DNA from: Tubiluchus corallicola | Taxonomy: Eukaryota > Animalia > Priapulida | Direction of reading: 5' to 3' | Length of the DNA stretch: 47,263 nucleotides | Assembly (NCBI GenBank): GCA_030141605.1 | Contig: JAQGDQ010001325.1 | Span: 1 to 47,263, forward strand | Part shown: positions 40,609-47,263 of the stretch, one piece after another | How the letters are laid out: each line of letters opens with the position of its first letter | Position numbering within the stretch: position 1 is the stretch's first letter | Translations under genes and position numbers: made by a program | Notes under the pieces: generated by a model | Database searches by the model: none | Seen by the model: only the letters and a program-made list of their open reading frames with translations | What the model was told of the DNA's origin: nothing

Positions 40609-42278
40609 GTACGAGGTACAGAAAGCGTCGTTGGTTACCGATGTTTGTTTACTAATCTTTGGTGACCTCGTGACTGTACTCATAACGTCATTCGTCTCGC
40701 GCAACGAAAAATGGCGGTTCTTCAAATTTAATACCGGTAACAACGAAGTGATAAAACATCAATAGAAACAAGTTGTACAGTAAGTTTATAATAAATTAAA
40801 TTGAATATTCGTAATGAACGTATTATTGCGATGGTTTAGTTTTGATGATGAAAGCATGTAGGAATAAATGTGCAAACCAAAGCCACGGCTTTCGTCCGCA
40901 CGTTGCATTGGTTGCATGCGGTTTTAGCTGCAGTGTCCTATCATTTGTAAAGGCACATATTAAATTGCTGCAGCTCAATTATGTTGGGCTTCAAAATACG
41001 TCCAATCATCTCTAATTCACATTTCGTGTCTGATGTCTGGAATGAAGAGTAAATCGAAATCTATGTAGATTGATGCCATGGGCGTATCCATAAGTTGGGT
41101 TGAGAGTGGGGGCTGTTTGTACAAATGTTAATGGAATCTCCTTCCCACTCCTCACACAGATTATTACAATACTAACAGTTATGTAAGCTTAAAATAATAC
41201 AGTAAGTTAAGGTAATCTATTCTTTCGCAGGTTACACGTTACATAATTACACCGTAATAGCAGTTTATGATTATTCCAAGGGCTGTTGTGAACTTGACCA
41301 AGTTCACAAGTCACACATGGTTAGCCATGTGGCCATTTCGGTATTGAACATGCTAAACATGTCTGCAAATGAAAAAAAGTTGGTGTTGAGAGTGTGTCAA
41401 GTTAAAGCTGTCTTAGTGTGTTATATAGTAGCCTAATTAAACGCTAACATTAATTACAAAACATGTTTAACTGAAATTCTGCGAAAAAGAAATTCACGAC
41501 AAGAGCAACGTCGAGCCAAACATCCTTTTAAGATCTATTATCTTTGCTAAGATGTTTTACGTGATTACAAAACACTCAAAATGTCACGAGTTGTGATCAC
41601 TTTTATTTTAGAACACTTCACATATCGTTAGACGAAGGAATACCAAATAAGTATAATTGCTTAGTTTGCACCCTCTTTGCGTTTCAAAATTGTTCAGTAA
41701 TAATCGATACGTATGTATTATACATGACACTTCAAAAACTTTAGCATAGTACTTGTAGAAAGGCGTTTTAATGGTGAGTAAAACGATAATCCGCGACTAA
41801 GTTCAACTTAGACTCATCAAATCGTGACAAATGCGATAATATAATTGCTTTGAAATTCCTTTTATGCACCCCGTTATGGCAGTCTTGGCACGCTTTGAAA
41901 ATGTGCTCTTTCTAATTAACTCCATCCAGATGAACTCCGAAAACGCAAGTTCGTATTTACTTATACTTTTATATCCAAGTAATTACTCTGGCCCAGGCCA
42001 GAACTAATCTCTGCTATGCGGATATACATTTGTTGATAATAAATGGATCGCTGGACATCAATCAGCCAACAAAAGTCCCCTCGCAATGGTCAATTAGACG
42101 CTGTATTTTGCTTCTAATTGCTTTTCTATTGATAGCGCCTGGCAAGTGTCCATGTTTGTTTTTACTTAATAAATTCGCTAAATAGCAGTGAAAGACAAAA
42201 CCACAGTCGTTACCACATTTTATTACTTTCAGTTAATTTCTATGTATAACCGAAATGCAGCTGTTTATTGTTGAGCCG

Positions 42279-42660
42279 TGTGAAAGTTATTTGTGAAGTC
42301 GAAATTGAACACTGGTAGAAACAACTAAACACAAGATTAAATATTTGCACAAACTAAACACTTTTATTGCACTACACAGTTACATGTAACATGACTGCTA
42401 CACTGAGGACCAGCGTGTCCTGCAATGATCACGAATGAGTAGACAGTGGCTAGAAGTGGAATCTAGCCAGTTTATATAGGTTGAGAAGTATGCAAGAACT
42501 TGGCTTCACATATCCCATTGCAGTAAAATAGGGGAGATACAGTGAGTTTGAATATTCACTGGACCGAACAATTGTAATAAGGGGTGAATTGAACTAGTAA
42601 ATGTTAAAGTAACTAATCAATAGATGGCAGCACCTAAAATATACAGCTACAACTTTCACA
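42279..42660 (-). mobile_element. Solo LTR, 382 bp, 5-bp TSD (BEL/Pao- or Copia-like TSD length)
   Basis: TGTGAAAGTT...AACTTTCACA perfect 10-bp inverted termini. TSD AGCCG at 42274-42278 and 42661-42665. Minus-strand TATATAAA near 42471-42478 precedes AATAAA near 42363-42368. Confidence 0.88.
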
Positions 42661-43470
42661 AGCCGGTTGCAAAGCGATTTTATGAAAACAAGTAAGCCAT
42701 GGAAGAAGAATTAATTACTAAACGTTTTGGCGGTTTGTAAATTCTTGCAATAAATCACAATGCGCCATGTTTTTCATCAGAGAACCAACGATAAAAACGA
42801 TAACAGCCGTGATGAAGCCAATCCTATGAAGCCATCACTGAGAAGTGTGCTGAATGTTATGGTCATTAACGTTTTTTTAATAACTTCAAGTTATTTCTAA
42901 AAGGCCCTATGACGCCCTAGTAGACACTTGCTACTTACTACTACTTACCACTTAGTTACTTACTACAAGTTAAAACTTACTACTCATTAGCTTGATTAAA
43001 AAAACTGATTCACTTTATAAACTTGCATATTTTGCTCTGATTTGCGTTGAAACGCTTCTAATTTAGCGCCGTACAGACATCTTGCGAAAAAAGAAAAATC
43101 TGGCAAGAAAGCGGAAGTGTCGTGTGGAACGACACTGCGCATGTGCGACACTTGCTGTATTTAGTTCTGTTTACATGTGCGTGCGATATTCGATTCTTTC
43201 TTGGTTTAAAGTTTCTTTTTATAGCTACCGGTAACACGATAACAAACTGATAACAGCCCCCCCCTTTCTTTTCTACTATTAGACGAAAGATTATATTGGA
43301 GATTGGAAACTGGAACATAACAAGGTGTTGTTTGTGATGTTCGTAAAGAACAATCTTTTTGGTATGATAGTGATTAAACCTGACTAAATGATAACTTTGC
43401 AGATTTATACTAAAAAGTTTACACAAATAGATATGAACGTATTTTTACTACTTTAATTAATATAATGTAT

Positions 43471-43740
43471 TGTTACTGGGCCGGAATGCCAATTATTTTC
43501 GACCCACCCCTCTACATTGTGATGGTCTCGTCCATGCGAAGCCCATTGCATAGTGGTGTTGAATAATAGGTATAAAACCGTCGCTATGAAATGGCCTCGT
43601 CGGTTCAGTGGGCTGACGGGCAGGTGCGTTTTCCACTTCAGCACCTGTTCCGTAATGACAACCAGCATGGAGCACAATGGTTTAGATACGTGGAGAGTTA
43701 GTTGATTCTGTCATTTCACTTTTACTACTACGCCGTGACA
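43471..43740 (+). mobile_element. Possible solo LTR
   Basis: TGTTAC...GTGACA termini, a GC-richer body and TATAAAA at 43571. No TSD seen. Confidence 0.35.
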
Positions 43741-43877
43741 TGCGTATAAGCACCATCCGCTCTAAATTACATTATATTCTTCAATCTTTTTTGAAATTTT
43801 CCACTTCCTATTGCCAGAAATCAAAAATCAAAGACGTTCTTTAAAAAATGGAATCAAGACACTATTCCCGTCGTTTA

Positions 43878-44187
43878 TAGCCTCAGAGCTGCAAACAACA
43901 GTAGTACTTAGCCTCAGAGCTGCAAACAGCAGTAGTACTTAGCCTCAGAGCTGCAAACAACAGTAGTACTTAGCCTCAGAGCTGCAAATAACAGTAGTAC
44001 TTAGCCTCAGAGCTGCAAACAGCAGTAGTACTTAGCCTCAGAGCTGCAAACAGCAGTAGTACTTAGCCTCAGAGCTGCAAATAACAGTAGTACTTAGCCT
44101 CAGAGCTGCAAATAACAGTAGTACTTAGCCTCAGAGCTGCAAATAACAGTAGTACTTAGCCTCAGAGCTGCAAATAACAGTAGTACT
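43878..44187. repeat. Minisatellite, 10 x 31 bp
   Basis: Unit tagcctcagagctgcaaa(c/t)a(a/g)cagtagtact. Confidence 0.97.
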
Positions 44188-44576
44188 GAGTGTTTTTTAC
44201 TCAAGATTAATGGCTCCTTCTCGTGGTTTTGTCGATGGCTTTGATTTCATTTGTACGAAAGATCACGAAGGATCACTTTGTGTGTGACACCCCGTAATTT
44301 GCGAAACAGCTGCGTGTTAGCAGTACTGAAAACCAATCTAAGTTGTAGTCTTTGAACTTGTTCTTAGCTTACCTGCAGGAGCATTCTAACGCGGAACACT
44401 GTGTAAAATAATGTTTCAATCGATGTTTCTATCATGACACGATTGTAACTTGTCGCTGCGACACAAACTATTACGCCAAAATAAGGAACGTTAAGCCAAA
44501 CCATGGAAAGTAAGAAGTTGCAGATTTCAACAAGCAGGGGATAATATCACCCATAAATGCTATCATCTGTCAAACA

Positions 44577-45524
44577 TTATGTAAAGTTACCATAACCCAC
44601 TGCTTGCAAGTAATCCGAACATTTTGACTCGATTAGTTTAACTTCATCTTTACTTAATGTTGTTTTCCATTTGTCTATATGAGAACTGGGATCATTTCTT
44701 AATGTAGAAAGTTTCCAACGAGGAACAGTAGCCACAGGATTTGCTTTATCGTCAAAATTGTATCCTTTTCCTTCTGCCACATTTTCTAAGTACTTAAAAA
44801 TGTTTTTTATCAACGGACAAACCAGTAAAGTTGAATATTTTCTCGACTGACGACTTAAGGTTTTTTACGAGTTCTTCATATTTCACGAATAAGAGATTTG
44901 ATTCGTGAATGTTGGCATTCTTCGCGCTAAAATAATTTTCCATCATATCAGTGCAGAGTTCATTTACTTGTCGTTTTCGGAACCATCCTATCGTCTTTCT
45001 TGATGCAAAAACTGCTCTAGGGTCTCGTGCCAGGTAGATGACTTTCGTAATTAGTGGTTCCTTGAACATGGGAAGCAGATCGACTACATGCAAACGAACT
45101 GTTTTGATCACTGTTAGTCTACGACTCCTGCATAAACTATCGAATGAATGTTTGCTGAGTTCCAATACTTTTGCGCCGCAGTTCTTTACTCTTAACTGAT
45201 CAACATCATCATCACATCCAGTCTCGGAGGTCATTGCTTTGCTCCGACCCAAAAACCTCTGCCAATGCCGCATTTTTAGTATTTTTGGCGATTTGTTCAT
45301 TTCGACCACGTCTGTGTAATCGCAATGTGACAAGTTTTTTAATATTCCTACACTTTGCGCTATAATGCTCTCATGTTTATGGCCTCTTCTTGTCTTCCAT
45401 GGCTTCACTTCCACAGACGGTTTTTGAAAACTGTCGAGCATCTTCAATGGTTCAAACACGTACATCACGTCAGGATGGTTGTTGAAAATTTCGCCCAAAA
45501 GACTTGAGCCACTTCTCTGATAAG
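44577..45524 (-). pseudogene. Carbohydrate 6-O-sulfotransferase (CHST1/3/4/5-like) catalytic domain, frameshifted (pseudogene or assembly indel)
   Basis: 5'-PSB motif AYQRSGSSLLGEIFNNHPDVMYVFEP, VIKTVR, 3'-PB motif KVIYLARDPRAVFASR, VKYEEL and C-terminal KWK...IESKC..YLQAVGY. It is split into two ORFs at the T6 run 44803-44808. Confidence 0.85.
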
Positions 45525-45735
45525 CTAAAAAGTTTTAAAATTTGTGATGAATTTTATAATACCTTGAACTGTATAATAATATTAATATAGCAATAAAACA
45601 CTTTTGCGTCTGTTACATGTGGCTTCATATGAAAACCGCGAAACCGGCCAAAAATGGATTAACTTTTAACAAAGGTGGCGTGCGCTGAGCAAAGTTATTA
45701 GCCGGAACCTACCCTCTAATGAATACTTCGTTTGT

Positions 45736-45893
45736 TGCCTAACGCAGCATGAAAGTAACGTGTTTAACACCTGCTGAATAGGACAAGCTTGCACTGTAGT
45801 CGCTTTGCCATAATCATTGTTAATTAGGTGCTATATATCTCGAACAATACAGCTTGCATACGGATTTACGTAAAACAATTTTCATGTAAAATC
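45736..45893. repeat. Dispersed repeat fragment, inverted homologue of 756-925
   Basis: See 756-925. Confidence 0.8.
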
Positions 45894-46671
45894 CACAATA
45901 AAATAGCAGAATGGTACATAATAAAAATACAAATACGACGGGTTATAAAAACCAGTTAAAGCATTTATTGTTTGTATTTTTTAAGATTTCCACGTACAGT
46001 TTGGCCTGTCAAGCTATGCTTTTAGGCTCAAACTGTATGCATCAAAATTATTCTGTAATGTAATTTGCACATGTATATCCCGCATTCTGTAATTTCTCGA
46101 TAATACCGCATTTATTTATATTTATATTTACTTAAATGGATAATTATCTGTATTTTAATGATAATCGTAAGATGCAATGTGGAAATGAATAAACTCTTGA
46201 AACTCTTGAAACAATTGTTTGTATTTTTTACTAACAAAACAAGGAGGCACTTGCCGTTTGCCTGTGTAGAAATATTTCGCTTTAGAAGCGTGACTGATCA
46301 GGTTAAGTAAAACTGTAGTTAGAAAAACATTTTTTTATTTGTAATTACACATGAGCAATACCGTAACGTTATTTTTGCTAAGAAGCAAAGAACTAAAAGC
46401 ATAGGCAAGCATTACGCTTTGCCATTTATATTTACAAAATGCAAAAAAAATATGAAATGATAAAATATTATGATTAAGAAGCAATAATAAACTAAAGATT
46501 TGCATAAAATAATACTGACTAAGATTTTAATCAAAACCAATTTCCTTGAAACTGTCATTTTCTACAACTTTGTCCTAAATGCAGGCATAGAATCAAAGTT
46601 AGCATTTTCGTATTATGGTTTACTATTATGATCGTTGCCATCGTCATCATCATCGTCATCATTATAATTAT

Positions 46672-47263
46672 CATGTGATGTGGTGGGTTTGGCGTGGTGT
46701 TGTATGGCGTAGTGGGTGTGGTGAGTGTGCTGTGCAGTGGGTGTTGTGTGGTGTGGTGGTGGTGGTGGTGGTGGTGGTGTGTTGTGGTTGTTGTGCTGTG
46801 GTTGGGATGGTGTGGTGTGGTGTTGGTGTTATGGTATGATGGGTGTGGTGTAGTGTTGTCTGGGTGGTATGGTATTGATGATGTGGTGTGGAAAATGTGG
46901 TGGGGCGGTAGGGTGTGGGCGGTGTCATGATATGGTATGGTGTGGATGGTGTGGTGTGGTGTGTTGTGAGTGGGATAGCGGGTGGTTGTGTGGTGCGACG
47001 GGTTGGTGTTGTGTGGTGTGGTGTGGGTGCTGTGTTGTGAGTGGGATAGCGGGTGGTTGTGTGGTGCGTCGGGTTGGTGTGGTGTGGTGTGGTGTGGGTG
47101 CTGTGTTGTGAGTGAGATAGCGGGTGGTTGTGTGGTGCGACGGGTTGGTGTGGTGTGGTGTGGTGTGGGTGCTGTGTTGTGAGTGAGATAGCGGGTGGTT
47201 GTGTGGTGCGACGGGTTGGTGTGGTGTGGTGTGGTGTGGTGTGGGTGCTGTGTTGTGAGTGAG
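46672..47263. repeat. GT-rich low-complexity tract grading into a 71-bp minisatellite (at least 4 copies, runs off the window)
   Basis: The gatagcgggtggttg anchor falls at 46974, 47045, 47116 and 47187. Confidence 0.93.

Overview
AT-rich, repeat-dense genomic DNA from an invertebrate animal, not a prokaryote. It has GT-AG introns, LINE, SINE, LTR and MITE debris, and long micro- and minisatellites. Real coding content is limited to four items. (1) The last two exons of a GnRH/AKH-receptor-family GPCR on + (16965-17169 and 26669-27111), which splice in frame across a 9.5-kb intron. (2) An intact, apparently single-coding-exon antisense gene nested in that intron (25043-23550), encoding a 497-aa secreted protein: signal peptide, 2 EGF repeats and a divergent, insertion-rich discoidin (F5/8-type-C)-like domain, with an RGD. 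(3) A USP36/42-like deubiquitinase pseudogene fragment split by a hAT MITE and lacking its His-box. (4) A carbohydrate 6-O-sulfotransferase (CHST-like) on - with a one-base frameshift in an A6 run. Many small DNA transposons have exact target-site duplications (hAT 8 bp, Tc1/mariner-pogo TA, piggyBac-type TTAA ends), and several are nested in older elements. Most ORFs in the supplied track are microsatellite artefacts. The best novelty candidate is the nested EGF-discoidin gene. All family assignments come from motif recognition by eye and need database confirmation.
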